From contig JBFWNU010000006.1 in assembly GCA_050250895.1 (NCBI GenBank), positions 279,513 to 343,512 of the forward strand: a DNA stretch of 64,000 nucleotides, written 5' to 3'. The stretch's first letter is position 1; every line of letters starts with the position of its first letter. The DNA comes from Vulcanimicrobiota bacterium. GTDB lineage: Bacteria > Vulcanimicrobiota > Xenobia > Xenobiales > JADMJV01. Positions 28,699 through 42,547 of this stretch are shown piece after piece. Position numbers and translations under genes: made by a program. A model generated the notes under the pieces. It was not told the DNA's origin. It worked only from the letters and a program-made list of their open reading frames with translations, and searched no databases.

Positions 28699-30330
28699 TT
28701 AGAGCCTGCGCTTGGCCACCTGGTGAGCAAGCCGCATCGGCACTGCCAGGGCCATGAGGATCAGGACCAGGCTATAGGGAAAGGCCGAAGAGAGCGCCGC
28801 CGCCTGGATCGGCTCGATACTGCCCTGGCTGACCAGAATGCCGGTGACGGTGGCGAGCAGGGCGCCCCACATCACCTTGGTGCTCAGGCGAGGCTCGAGA
28901 TCGCCTTCGGTGGTCATCATGGCGATGACGAAGGTGGCCGAGTCGGCCGAAGTGACCAGGAACGTAAACAGCAGACACAAGGATAGAGTCGAGGTCACCC
29001 CTGCCAGGGGCAAATGACCGAGCAACGCGAACAGCCCCACCGCCGGGTCGCCGTTGGGACCGCTCACCAGTTGACCGATGCCCTGGGTGGTGTTCATTTC
29101 ATACCACAGGCCCGTTCCACCGAAGACCGAGAACCAGGCCACCGTGAACAGAGTGGGCACCGCCAGCGAACCGAGAATCAGCTCTTTGATGGTCCGTCCG
29201 CGGGAGATACGCGCAATGAAAATGCCCACGAAGGGAGCCCAGGCGATCCACCAGGTAAAGTAAGTCAAGGTCCAATCGGCCATCCAATGTTCGTACTTCG
29301 GGGTGAAGGGCGCCACTCGAAAGCCCAGGGTGGGAAGGGCCGACAGATACTGTCCCAAAGAGTCGACGAATAGTTTGAGGATAAAGAGAGTGGGCCCGCA
29401 GAGAAAGACGAAAACCATCAGGGCCACGCACATGCCCATATTGACGTTGGAAAGAATCTGGATTCCCTTCTTGAGGCCGGTGGTGGCCGAGGCGATAAAA
29501 GCGATGGTCACCAGCACCAGAATGAGGGTGTAACCCATTCCGCTTTTGGCCGCCGTCCAGCCGTAGGCGTGGGCAAATCCGGCCGCCAACTGAAACGTGC
29601 CCATGCCGACCGAGGCGGCCACCCCGAAAATGATGGCCAGAGTGGCGGTCAGGTCGGCCACGAGCTTCAAGGCCTTATTGAGGGTGGGCGAGGCGAACAG
29701 GTCGACCACCGCCGAGGAGACCAGGTATTTCTTGCGCTTGCGAAAGCCGTAATAGGCGACGGCTACGGCGCAGAGTGTGTAGACCCCCCAGCCGTGCAGG
29801 CCCCAGTGAAAGAGGGTGATGCCCATGGCCTGGCGAGCCGCTTCGACCGTGGCCGGATTGCCTACCGGCGGGTGTAGAAAGTGGATGACCGGTTCGGCCC
29901 CGCCCCAAAACAGCAGGCCGACTCCCATGCCGGCCGAGAATAGCATGGAATACCAGGAGAGATCCGAGAATTCGGGTTCGTCCTCAGGGTCGCCCAGCAC
30001 CACATCGCCAAACCGCGAGAAGGCGAGATACATGAGATAGATGAGCGAGCCGGTGGCCAGCAGGATGAAGAACCAGCTCAAATTGCGGGTCACGAAGCTC
30101 TTGGCCTGGTCGGCGATGGTGAGCAAGCTGTCGCCCTGGATGACCGCCCAGATGGTAAAGAGAATGGTGAAGCCGACCGAGAGGAACATATTGGTGCTCA
30201 TCCGGTTGTGCTCTTCCGAACGGATGTCCTCGAGTTCGCGATCCTCGTCATGCACGAGTCGTTCCAGGACTTTGTCGCGGAAGTCGTTTTGTTTATTGGC
30301 TTTCTTGGTGCTTTTAGGGTCGGATGTCAA
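28699..30330 (-). CDS. BCCT family (betaine/carnitine/choline) transporter; start uncertain
   Basis: SMLFSAGMGVGL, FHWGLHGW, WWIAWAPFVG.FIARISRGRT, TSADS motifs. Confidence 0.93.
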   Translation of the reverse strand: MTSDPKSTKKANKQNDFRDKVLERLVHDEDRELEDIRSEEHNRMSTNMFLSVGFTILFTIWAVIQGDSLLTIADQAKSFVTRNLSWFFILLATGSLIYLMYLAFSRFGDVVLGDPEDEPEFSDLSWYSMLFSAGMGVGLLFWGGAEPVIHFLHPPVGNPATVEAARQAMGITLFHWGLHGWGVYTLCAVAVAYYGFRKRKKYLVSSAVVDLFASPTLNKALKLVADLTATLAIIFGVAASVGMGTFQLAAGFAHAYGWTAAKSGMGYTLILVLVTIAFIASATTGLKKGIQILSNVNMGMCVALMVFVFLCGPTLFILKLFVDSLGQYLSALPTLGFRVAPFTPKYEHWMADWTLTYFTWWIAWAPFVGIFIARISRGRTIKELILGSLAVPTLFTVAWFSVFGGTGLWYEMNTTQGIGQLVSGPNGDPAVGLFALLGHLPLAGVTSTLSLCLLFTFLVTSADSATFVIAMMTTEGDLEPRLSTKVMWGALLATVTGILVSQGSIEPIQAAALSSAFPYSLVLILMALAVPMRLAHQVAKRRL

Positions 30331-30507
30331 AGAAATAGCAGAATGGGCCTCTCTAAAGGGGATGGAACGTTCTTCCGCAACGGGATCGATTTTCCTTGGA
30401 TGTTTTAAAAAAAGGTCTGAGGGAAGGAGGAATTTGGCAGGGGGGCATAGGATTACGGCGATTCGGCCGCCACTGGCATGCCGGCGGCCCGGAGGTAGAA
30501 ACACATA

Positions 30508-34152
<3,645 letters not shown>

Positions 34153-34179
34153 CTCATCGGCAGTCCTCCGTCGCCAGCG

Positions 34180-34208
34180 AAGGCCCCGGATTTTTCCGGG
34201 GCCTTTTC
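34180..34208 (+). terminator. Intrinsic terminator after rpoC
   Basis: AAGGCCCCGGA-TTTT-TCCGGGGCCTT followed by TTCC. Confidence 0.8.
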
Positions 34209-34213
34209 CTGTT

Positions 34214-34445
34214 GGCGGCGGAGTTGCTCGTGGTAAAACCCAGCCGAAGCCTCGAAAGGCCAGGCACCTGGCGGCCTGGCTGGGGCCCAGCGCCGCCCCG
34301 TTGGGGTGGGCCGCTCACCATCGTAAACACCCCGCCCACTCGGACCCCGAGAAAGGTGCCCATGCGCCCGGCTTGAGAGGTTTTGTGGGCGCACCTCGGG
34401 GTTGGCTCGTCTCGGTCTGGTCTGGGACCTGCGCGAACCACCGCC
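34214..34445. ncRNA. Candidate structured ncRNA (~230 nt), family unknown
   Basis: Terminal stem 34214-34221/34438-34445; internal stems 34239-34245/34278-34284, 34345-34351/34395-34401, 34363-34369/34387-34393; hairpin 34249-34260 (UUCG loop on minus strand). Confidence 0.45.
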
Positions 34446-34453
34446 TGCAGCCC

Positions 34454-35551
34454 TCAGCTGTAGGGTATCTCGAGACAGCGCATGAGCAGTTCTACGGGCA
34501 ACGCGCTGGCCACTCGATGGTTGGCTCCGGTCATGTCCTCGGCTGCCAGCAGGGCGTTAAGGATGGCTTCTTCGGTGGCATCCAGGGCCGCTTCGTAGAG
34601 CGGGTTGACGAAGGCGTCACCCAGGATTCGCAGGCGGTACAACTTATGGCGGGGACGACGCGGAACCGTATTGGCGGTCGAGAAGGCGAGCACGATCTCG
34701 CCCGAACCGTGGGCCGCGTAAGAACCCATGCGGCCAATGCCCAGGGCTACTCGCTTGGCTACACGATTGAGTTGGTGGGGCAGCAAAGGGGCATCGGTGG
34801 CGGCCACGGCGATGATGCTGCCAGCGATTCCCGGCCGTCGCTGCAACCGGGGCATCATCTCTCCCAGGCGTCGTCCCACCGGAATACCATCCACCCGCAA
34901 CTCTTCTAGAGAGCCCCAGTTGGACTGCACCAGGACCCCGATGGTAAAGGCCCCTTCCTCCAGGGTGAGCACTCGCGACGAGGTGCCGATGCCGGCCTTG
35001 AGATCGCAGGTCATCATGCCGGTGCCGCCACCCACCGACCCTTCCTGCACCGGACCCGAGTGGGCCGCGGCGATAGCCTCGAAGACATGATGGCGACGCA
35101 CGTGATGGCCGGCGATGTCGTTGAGCCAGCTATCGTCGCACTCGCCCACCAGGGGAATGATGACGTCGTGTTCGCCCCCGATGCCGGGATAATGCTCGAC
35201 CATGTAGGCCACGATCGCCTCGGACACCGAGCCCACGCTCAGCGTGTTGGTCAGGGCGATGGGGGTCTCGATCAGGCCCCATTCGACCACCTGGGTGAGC
35301 CCCCCGACTTCGCCCGCCCCGTTAAGCACGAAGGCTCCGCCGTGGACCCGCTCGTTGAAGATGTTGCCGGCATTTGGCAAGATGGCGGTTACGCCCGTGC
35401 GAATCGGTCCCGTTCCGGCCTTGAGGCGACCTTCGCCTTCGATGATGGTGGAATGGCCGACCTGCACGCCGGCGACATCGGTAATGGCGTTATAGGCACC
35501 CGAGTGGTGGCGTCCGATTCTGATACCGAGATCACGCGCCCGTGGTCGCAA
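34454..35551 (-). CDS. DmpA/P1 (S58) family aminopeptidase
   Basis: NAITDV.GV.VGH, TGVTAI, ECDD, EGSVGGGTGM, G-S autocleavage site (AGSII), HGSGE. Confidence 0.93.
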   Translation of the reverse strand: MRPRARDLGIRIGRHHSGAYNAITDVAGVQVGHSTIIEGEGRLKAGTGPIRTGVTAILPNAGNIFNERVHGGAFVLNGAGEVGGLTQVVEWGLIETPIALTNTLSVGSVSEAIVAYMVEHYPGIGGEHDVIIPLVGECDDSWLNDIAGHHVRRHHVFEAIAAAHSGPVQEGSVGGGTGMMTCDLKAGIGTSSRVLTLEEGAFTIGVLVQSNWGSLEELRVDGIPVGRRLGEMMPRLQRRPGIAGSIIAVAATDAPLLPHQLNRVAKRVALGIGRMGSYAAHGSGEIVLAFSTANTVPRRPRHKLYRLRILGDAFVNPLYEAALDATEEAILNALLAAEDMTGANHRVASALPVELLMRCLEIPYS

Positions 35552-37532
35552 GATGTTGTTGTTCCCGTCTCTGGTTTTTCCAGCGTTTGATGGCCGGCGT
35601 GAGGATCTCTGCGACCAGTTCGGTGTAACTCAGGCCGGCCGCCCGCGCAATCACGCACAGATCCGAGAAGTTCGGCGTCAATCCCGGTAGCGGGTTGCAC
35701 TCGAGAAAATGCGGGTTGCCTTCGCCATCGCAGCGCAGGTCGATGCGGGCCACATCGCGACAGCCCAGGGCTCGAAAGGCCCCCTTGGCCACCTTTTCGA
35801 GTTGCCGAAATAGCTTGGGGGTCACCTCGGCCGGGACCTGAAAGGTCACGTTCTCGTTCTCGTCGAGCTTGTGTGAGAAGGCGTAGACGCGCTTGGTGTT
35901 GTTGGGCCCGAACAAGATTTCCATGGGGGGAAGCATGCGCAGTTTGCGCTGGCCCAGAATGCCGACGGTGAACTCGCGCCCGGGCAGATAGGTCTCGACC
36001 AGGGCCGGTTGGTGGTAGCGCGCCACCGACTCGATCACCGCCTCGCGCAACTGCTTTTCGTTTTCGACCAGGCAGTTCTCGAAGATACCCTTGCTGCTGC
36101 CCTCGGCCACCGGTTTGACGAAGAGAGGATAGCGAAGGTCGTTGGGTAGCTTTTCGCGCCCGTGATTCATGACCAGAAAATCGGGAGTGTGAAAGCCCGC
36201 CTGGCGCACCAGTCGCTTGGCCAGGGCTTTGTCGAGGGCCAGAGCCAGGGCGCCGGCGTCAGAGCCGGTGAAGGGGATGCCCATCAATTCGAGCAGCGCC
36301 GGCACCTGGGCCTCGCGATTGCGACCCTGGATGCCTTCGGCGATGTTGAAGACCACATCCACCCCCTCGAGGCGGGCCGGCAGTTCGGGTCCCGCTTCGA
36401 GGTCGATCGGTTCGTAGCCGTTAGCCCGGATCGCCTCGAGCAGCGCATGGATGGTGGTGGGCGAATCAAATTCGGCCTCGTGGTCCTGGTCTTCGGAGAC
36501 TTTACTCCGCTTGACGTTGTAGGTGAGTCCCACTCGGGTCGGCTGGGTCTTCGGTTGTTCCTTGATAATTTGCTGGCGATTGCATGCGCTTTTGACGATG
36601 CAGTCGAGCACCGAGCCCACGGTGGGCAGGCCCGCGGCGGCGGCGCACAGATAGATGGCCGCCCCGGGTTCGAGGCTGGGCAGAGCGTTGACCTCGATGA
36701 GAAAGGCTTCACCCCGCTCGTCGACCCGAAAGTCGACGCGGGCGAAATCTTTGACCTGCAACACCTCGACCGCCTTGCGGGTGGCCGCCACCAGTCTCTT
36801 GCGGGTGGCCGGGCTGACCTCGGCGGGGCAGGCTACCTCGACGTCATCGGGGCGATGCTGTTTGAGTTCGTAGTCGTAGATCGAGTGCTTTCGGGCCGGA
36901 CCCTTGAAGACGTAATGGGCCGGCTCCAGCACTCCTTTCTTGCTCAGATAAGGCACCGTGACGTCCCGCCCGCGGATGAACTCTTCGACCAGCACGCCCG
37001 AAGGGTATTCCTCGAGCATGGCCGTCACCACCGCCTCCAGGCGCTCGGGGGCTTCTACCACCGAATCCTGGGTGATACCCTTGGAGCTGCCTTCGAAGTT
37101 AGGCTTGACGATGACCGGAAAAGTCAGGTCCAGGTCTTTGAGTTCGCTCCCCCGCGACACGAACTTCCAGCCGGGAACTTTGATGCCGCGCTCTTTGAGG
37201 GCCAGTTTGGTCAGGTGTTTGTCGAGGGTGAGGGTGCAAACGTAGGCGTCCGAGCCCGTGAAAGCCAACCCCAGTTGCTCGAGCAAGGCGGGATAGAAGC
37301 CCTCGCGAAAACGCCCTCGACTGCCCTCGGCCGTGTTAAAGACCAGGTCGGGGCGAAGCGCCTCGAGGCGGGCCACCAGCGAGGGCAGGCTGGTAGAGGC
37401 TTCCACCAGAGTGACCTTGTGGCCCAGTTCGCATAGGGCGGCTCGCACCGCTTCTACGGTCTCGGGCGTGTCGAATTCGGCTTGCTCGGGGGTGAGACAG
37501 GTTTGCAGGTTATGAAGAAATGCGATTTTCAA
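35532..37532 (-). CDS. Tandem D-Ala-D-Ala ligase-like ATP-grasp protein (two fused units)
   Basis: Motifs EFD.P.T, VFN.AEG, FTGSD, DK, VKP..EGSSKGI, R.D.R, E.N.LP each occur twice. Confidence 0.9.
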   Translation of the reverse strand: MKIAFLHNLQTCLTPEQAEFDTPETVEAVRAALCELGHKVTLVEASTSLPSLVARLEALRPDLVFNTAEGSRGRFREGFYPALLEQLGLAFTGSDAYVCTLTLDKHLTKLALKERGIKVPGWKFVSRGSELKDLDLTFPVIVKPNFEGSSKGITQDSVVEAPERLEAVVTAMLEEYPSGVLVEEFIRGRDVTVPYLSKKGVLEPAHYVFKGPARKHSIYDYELKQHRPDDVEVACPAEVSPATRKRLVAATRKAVEVLQVKDFARVDFRVDERGEAFLIEVNALPSLEPGAAIYLCAAAAGLPTVGSVLDCIVKSACNRQQIIKEQPKTQPTRVGLTYNVKRSKVSEDQDHEAEFDSPTTIHALLEAIRANGYEPIDLEAGPELPARLEGVDVVFNIAEGIQGRNREAQVPALLELMGIPFTGSDAGALALALDKALAKRLVRQAGFHTPDFLVMNHGREKLPNDLRYPLFVKPVAEGSSKGIFENCLVENEKQLREAVIESVARYHQPALVETYLPGREFTVGILGQRKLRMLPPMEILFGPNNTKRVYAFSHKLDENENVTFQVPAEVTPKLFRQLEKVAKGAFRALGCRDVARIDLRCDGEGNPHFLECNPLPGLTPNFSDLCVIARAAGLSYTELVAEILTPAIKRWKNQRREQQHLATTGA

Positions 37533-37625
37533 GATTCCAACCTAAAGTTTGGTGAGTACGGCCGGCATTCGCTGTTGGCCTAAAGCATTCCCTGTGCAAT
37601 CGCCACAAAGGCAGAGGGTCGAAAA

Positions 37626-39122
37626 TTGGCGAAGGAGGCCCCGATGACCACCACAATGACTGCGGCTGAAATCATGCGCCCGGGTCATTTTGAACCCGAG
37701 CGCCATTTCTATCCCCGCGTGCTCAATGCCACTATTCATCCTATGGTGGCCTTCTTCATGCGGCTCTCTCCCGAGCGCCTGGTGAGCCGCTACTGCCACC
37801 TCAATCCGCGCGTAGACCCCCGCGCCCTGCGCGAGATTCTCTCCTATCGGCCCCGCTATTTTCGCTGGGCCGGGGGCGACCTGTTCAACGTCACCACGGC
37901 CGAAGGACAACAAGAGATGGTGCTCATCGAGACCAACTCTTGTCCTTCGGGTCAGAAGTCGATGCCTCTTCTGGCCGACCATCAGGAGATGGGTGGCTAT
38001 CAGACCGTGGTCGAGTCGGTGCTGGCCCCGCTCTTTCGGAAGGCCAAGAAAGCCAGAGAGCTCAAGGGTGTGCTGGCCGTCATCTTCGACAAGAACCCCA
38101 TGGGCAATTCGGGCTACGCCGCGGCCATGGCCGAGCACTTCAAAGAAAACGTCTACTTGACGCCGTTTCTCGCCAGCGACCCTGACCCCCCGGTGAGGGT
38201 CCGCGATCGCGCCCTCGAGGTTCGGGACCCGAGCGGGACCTGGTTGACCGTGCGGGCCGCTTTTCGCTACGTGACGCAGAAGCCGTGGGCGCGTATCCCT
38301 ATCGACTGTAAGACGTTTCTGGTCAACCCCATCCAGGCCTGTCTGGCCGGCGGTCGCAACAAAGCGGTCGCCGCCATGGCCTATGAGCTGCTCAATAGCG
38401 AGCTGGCGGGCACCGGCCTCGAGGTGCGCACCCCCGAGACCATCCGCGACGTCACCAAAGGCGAGATCCCGATGCTGGTGCGCAAGATGGGCGGCCACGC
38501 CGTGGTCAAGATCCCTTACAGCAATGCTGGTCAGGGCGTCTTTACCATCACCACCGAAGACGAACTCGATGCCTTCATGGCGGGCTCTTACGGCTATGAC
38601 CGCTTCATCGTGCAAAGCTTGATTGGCAACTATCTGTGGAGTTCGCAGGGCGCTCGCGGGCGGTTCTACCACGTAGGCATGCTGCCCAACAAAAACAATC
38701 AGATCTACGTGGCCGACCTGCGCATGATGGTGGCCGCCGGCGAAGAGGGTTTCATGCCCCTGGCCGTTTATGGTCGACGGGCCCGTTCGGCCTTGCTCGA
38801 CCGCCTGGATGGCTCGGTGAGTTCCTGGGATATGCTCGGCACCAACCTCTCCATCGCCAAAGGCGCCGACGCCTGGGATTCTGACACGGCCCGTCTGGTG
38901 CTGATGGACCGGCGCGACTTCAATACTTTGGGTCTGAGCCTCGATGACCTTCTCAAAGGTTATGTCCAGACCGTGTTGGGGGTGGTGGCCATCGACAAGA
39001 TGGCCCGCAATCTCACCACTCAGAAGGGCCGCTTTCGCATGAAGCTGTATCAGAAGCTCAACAATGATCCCAAGCTAATGGACGAGATCTGGCAAGCCAC
39101 ACCCAACGAACCCGAACGATGA
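37626..39122 (+). CDS. ATP-grasp-like ligase, probably circularly permuted
   Basis: GGD and IETNS near the N-terminus, then [20 protein letters not shown]. Confidence 0.7.
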   Translation: MAKEAPMTTTMTAAEIMRPGHFEPERHFYPRVLNATIHPMVAFFMRLSPERLVSRYCHLNPRVDPRALREILSYRPRYFRWAGGDLFNVTTAEGQQEMVLIETNSCPSGQKSMPLLADHQEMGGYQTVVESVLAPLFRKAKKARELKGVLAVIFDKNPMGNSGYAAAMAEHFKENVYLTPFLASDPDPPVRVRDRALEVRDPSGTWLTVRAAFRYVTQKPWARIPIDCKTFLVNPIQACLAGGRNKAVAAMAYELLNSELAGTGLEVRTPETIRDVTKGEIPMLVRKMGGHAVVKIPYSNAGQGVFTITTEDELDAFMAGSYGYDRFIVQSLIGNYLWSSQGARGRFYHVGMLPNKNNQIYVADLRMMVAAGEEGFMPLAVYGRRARSALLDRLDGSVSSWDMLGTNLSIAKGADAWDSDTARLVLMDRRDFNTLGLSLDDLLKGYVQTVLGVVAIDKMARNLTTQKGRFRMKLYQKLNNDPKLMDEIWQATPNEPER

Positions 39123-40081
39123 AGAAGATTCGCTACCAGGCCATCGAGATCGAGAACTATCCTCAGGGTCAACGGACCGATTTCTGGCGGGGCCTGTATC
39201 AAGACGCCACCAGTTGCCCGGTCCGAGTGCCCTTTATCGTGGCCCGCGGAGCCCGCAACGGACCCGTGCTCGGCGTGACCGCCGCGGTGCATGGCAACGA
39301 ACTCAACGGCCTGCGCATCATTCAGCACCTGCTCGAAGAAGTCGACCTGGCTCGGCTGGCCGGCAGTCTGGTGTGCGTGCCGGTGGTCAACGTGCCCAGC
39401 TACAACGCCGGCACCCGGCTGTTTCCCGATGGCCTCGACCTAAACCATGTCTTTCCCGGCAAGTCGGAGGGCAGGCCGGCCGAACAGTACGCCCGGGCTT
39501 TTAGCGAGACGCTGCTGCCCTGTCTCGACTATCTGGTCGACCTGCACACCGCCAGCGACGGCCGGGTGAATACGATGTACGTGCGGGTCGACATGAAGGT
39601 CGAGGTGGCCCACCAGATGGCCGTAGACTTCAATCCCCAGATCATTTTGCACGGACGTTCGGGCGACGGCACCTTGCGCAGCGCGGCTCGCCGCCATGAC
39701 ATCCCGGCGGTCACCGTCGAAGCCGGCAATCCCAGCGTCATTCAGGGCCGCATGGTGTTTGAAGGCGAGACCGGAATTCGCAACATCATGATGGGCCTGG
39801 GCATGCTCGAAGGCAAGCCCAGCATCACCCGTGAGCCGGTGGTGTGCGAAGCCTCGCGCTGGTTGCGCACCACCAGCGGAGGCTTGCTCGAGACCCGCTT
39901 CAAACTGTTGGAGCGCGTAGTGAAGAGGCAGGTGTTGGCCGTGACCCGCGACCCCTTCGGCAAGATTCTGAAGGAATATCGTTGCCCGGCCGACGGCGTA
40001 GTCATCGGTATGGCGGCCAATCCGGCCGCCGCCTCGGGCACGCGCTATTGCCATCTGGGCACCATCGGCGAGGGGCTGTGA
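39119..40081 (+). CDS. Succinylglutamate desuccinylase/aspartoacylase (M14-like) family
   Basis: HGNE, DLN..FPG, DLHT, TVEAG; C-terminal biotinyl/lipoyl-like domain. Confidence 0.92.
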   Translation: MKKIRYQAIEIENYPQGQRTDFWRGLYQDATSCPVRVPFIVARGARNGPVLGVTAAVHGNELNGLRIIQHLLEEVDLARLAGSLVCVPVVNVPSYNAGTRLFPDGLDLNHVFPGKSEGRPAEQYARAFSETLLPCLDYLVDLHTASDGRVNTMYVRVDMKVEVAHQMAVDFNPQIILHGRSGDGTLRSAARRHDIPAVTVEAGNPSVIQGRMVFEGETGIRNIMMGLGMLEGKPSITREPVVCEASRWLRTTSGGLLETRFKLLERVVKRQVLAVTRDPFGKILKEYRCPADGVVIGMAANPAAASGTRYCHLGTIGEGL

Positions 40082-40908
40082 AGATCTGGCTGTATTCGCA
40101 CCTGGTGGATTCGCCAGGCAATCGATTGTTTTTCGACGAGGCCACCCGCCGGGGTCATGAAGTGGTCGAGGTTCGACCGGACCTCACCCACTGGCCTTTG
40201 AGCGGCTCGACCGAAGAGCGTCCCGACCTGGTTTTCACCCGCTCGGGAAGCTCGTCGCCCGCCAACGCTTTGCCGGGTCTCATCACCCTCGAGCAGGCCG
40301 GCCTCTTGTGCATCAATTCCAGTCAGAGTCTGCTCTTTAGTCGTGACAAAGCCATCAGCTACAGTCTGTTGGCCAGGGCCGGGGTGCCGGTGCCGCGCTC
40401 TGTCTATCTGGGCCGGGGTCCGGTGGGGGAGGCGGCCGCCCAGATTCCTGGCCCCCCCTGGATCGTGAAGCTGCCGGTAAGCACCAAAGGGCAGGGGATC
40501 GTGTTGGTCGAGAGCATGCGCAGTCTACGCTCGCTGGTGGATACTCTGCACGCCCTGGACCAGACCATGATTTTGCAAGAGTTCGTAGCCTCGGCCGCCG
40601 GTTGCGATACTCGGGTGCTGGTGCTGGGCGGGCAGGCGGTGGTGGCGGCCAAACGCCAGGCCGGCCAGGGCGACGAGTTTCGCTCGAACCTCTTTCTGGG
40701 AGGGCAGGCCACCGGTCTCGAGCTGAGTTCGCAGTGGCGCCTGGTGGCCGAGAAAGCGGCCGAGACCCTAGGGCTCGAGGTGGCCGGCGTCGATCTCCTG
40801 GAGGGTCCGGCCGGCCCGCTGGTGGTGGAAGTCAACGGCTCACCCGGCATGACGGCAGCTTCGGACATCGCGCCCAGGATCGTCAGCTATCTCGAAGGTC
40901 GTTGCTAG
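40078..40908 (+). CDS. RimK family alpha-L-glutamate ligase-like ATP-grasp
   Basis: GTG overlapping the previous stop; DK, VK...G.G, LQEFV, DTR, FRSNL, GVD, EVNGSPG. Confidence 0.9.
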   Translation: MKIWLYSHLVDSPGNRLFFDEATRRGHEVVEVRPDLTHWPLSGSTEERPDLVFTRSGSSSPANALPGLITLEQAGLLCINSSQSLLFSRDKAISYSLLARAGVPVPRSVYLGRGPVGEAAAQIPGPPWIVKLPVSTKGQGIVLVESMRSLRSLVDTLHALDQTMILQEFVASAAGCDTRVLVLGGQAVVAAKRQAGQGDEFRSNLFLGGQATGLELSSQWRLVAEKAAETLGLEVAGVDLLEGPAGPLVVEVNGSPGMTAASDIAPRIVSYLEGRC

Positions 40909-40985
40909 GGGCTGGCTCGGTCGGAGCTACCGGAGATTGTCTCTTCATGCCAGGATGAGCGCGGGGGGCCGGGGAACACAGCGGG

Positions 40986-42029
40986 GTGAAAATCGGGTTC
41001 ATGATCACCGATTTTGGAGTCAAAAAGGCGGTCCACACGACCGTCCGCATGGCTCGCGAGGCTAGCGCTCGCGGCCACGATGTCTGGTTTTTTGGACCCG
41101 GTGATTTTGCCTACCGGTCCGATGATACCCTCTGGATGCACGCCCGCCGCGCCCCTCGAGAGAACTACAAGTCGAATACCACTTACCTCTCCGACTTGAC
41201 TACTGCCCCCACCGAAGCCAACATCTGTGCGGCCGAACTCGACGTTGTCTTCTTGCGCGACAACCCGGCCAAATACAGCAAGGAGCAGAGTTGGGCCCGG
41301 CCCACCGGCACCACTTTCGGGCGAGCGGCTGTGCGCGAAGGGGCCGTGGTGCTCAACGACCCCGATGGCCTCATGCAGGCCAACAACAAGATGTATTTTC
41401 AGTTCTTTCCCGAGCAGGTTCGCCCCCGGACGCTGATCACCCGGGATCGAGAAGAGATCCGCGGCTTCGCCAAGGACCTTGAAGGCGACCTGATCCTCAA
41501 GCCGTTGCAGGGGTCGGGCGGGGAAGGCGTCTTTATCGTCAAGAAGGACGGCCACTACAACCTGAACCAGCTGGTCGACGCCTTGATCAAGGATGGCTAT
41601 GTCATTGCCCAAGAGTACCTGGTGGCGGCCGAGAAGGGCGACACCAGGCTGTTTATGATGAACGGGCGCCCGCTGCGGGTGAAGGGCCGTTATGCCGCCT
41701 TTCAGCGGGTGCGCCAGGGCGACGATATTCGCAGCAACATGCACGCCGGGGGCACGGTGGAGAAGGCCGAGGTGACTCCGGTCATGCTGGACATCTGCGA
41801 GATGGTGCGGCCAAAACTGGTCAAAGACGGTATGTTCCTGGTTGGCCTCGACATCGTGGGTGACAAGCTGATGGAGATCAACGTCTTTTGCCCGGGCGGC
41901 CTGGCTGGCATGGAGAAACTCGAGGGGGTCAACTTTTCGGCGGCAGTGATCGAGGCCCTAGAACGCAAGGCGCGCTATGCCGCCTACTATAATCGAGCCT
42001 TCGACAACGCTTCGATGGCCACGTTATGA
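40986..42029 (+). CDS. Glutathione synthetase-like ATP-grasp
   Basis: FLRDNP, NDP.GL...NK, KPL.G.GGEGVF, QEYL, GDTR, RSN..GG, GLD, EINV..PGG. Confidence 0.88.
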   Translation: MKIGFMITDFGVKKAVHTTVRMAREASARGHDVWFFGPGDFAYRSDDTLWMHARRAPRENYKSNTTYLSDLTTAPTEANICAAELDVVFLRDNPAKYSKEQSWARPTGTTFGRAAVREGAVVLNDPDGLMQANNKMYFQFFPEQVRPRTLITRDREEIRGFAKDLEGDLILKPLQGSGGEGVFIVKKDGHYNLNQLVDALIKDGYVIAQEYLVAAEKGDTRLFMMNGRPLRVKGRYAAFQRVRQGDDIRSNMHAGGTVEKAEVTPVMLDICEMVRPKLVKDGMFLVGLDIVGDKLMEINVFCPGGLAGMEKLEGVNFSAAVIEALERKARYAAYYNRAFDNASMATL

Positions 42030-42547
42030 GGCTTCGCTGGCTGCTGCTGGCGCTGTTGCTGCTGCCGGCCTGGGCCCTCGACGATCAGCAGAAAGCTCTG
42101 CTGGCCGGAGCCCGCAGTTGTCTGGGGGACGTCTATGACTCTGGTTACTACACCGGGGGGCCGCCACCCAAGGGCCGCGGGGCATGTCCCGAGGTGGTCT
42201 ACTACGCCTATCTGAAGATTGGTGTCGACCTGCAGGCAGAGGTCGACCGCGACCTGCGCGCCAACCCCTCGCTCTATCCCAGTCGTCGCGACCGCAACAT
42301 CGACTACCGCTGGTGTCCCAACTTGATAGTCTGGTTCTCGCGCCATACCAAGACGCTGCCGCGCGATAGCGATTGGCGGGCCGGAGATGTGGTGTTCTTC
42401 AATCTGTTGGGCGATGGGGTAGCCGATCACATCGGCATCGTCTCGGACAAACCGGGCCACGTCATCCATAACCTGGGCCCTCGCTGCGTCGAGGACCGGG
42501 CGCTCGAGCGATTGCGGATCGTCGGGCACTTCAGAATGCCTCGCTAA
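42026..42547 (+). CDS. DUF1287 family secreted protein (NlpC/P60-like)
   Basis: Signal peptide; YD.GY, G.C.EV, DLQ, D.NID.R..PNL, GD.V, HIGIV, HN.G. Confidence 0.85.
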   Translation: MRLRWLLLALLLLPAWALDDQQKALLAGARSCLGDVYDSGYYTGGPPPKGRGACPEVVYYAYLKIGVDLQAEVDRDLRANPSLYPSRRDRNIDYRWCPNLIVWFSRHTKTLPRDSDWRAGDVVFFNLLGDGVADHIGIVSDKPGHVIHNLGPRCVEDRALERLRIVGHFRMPR

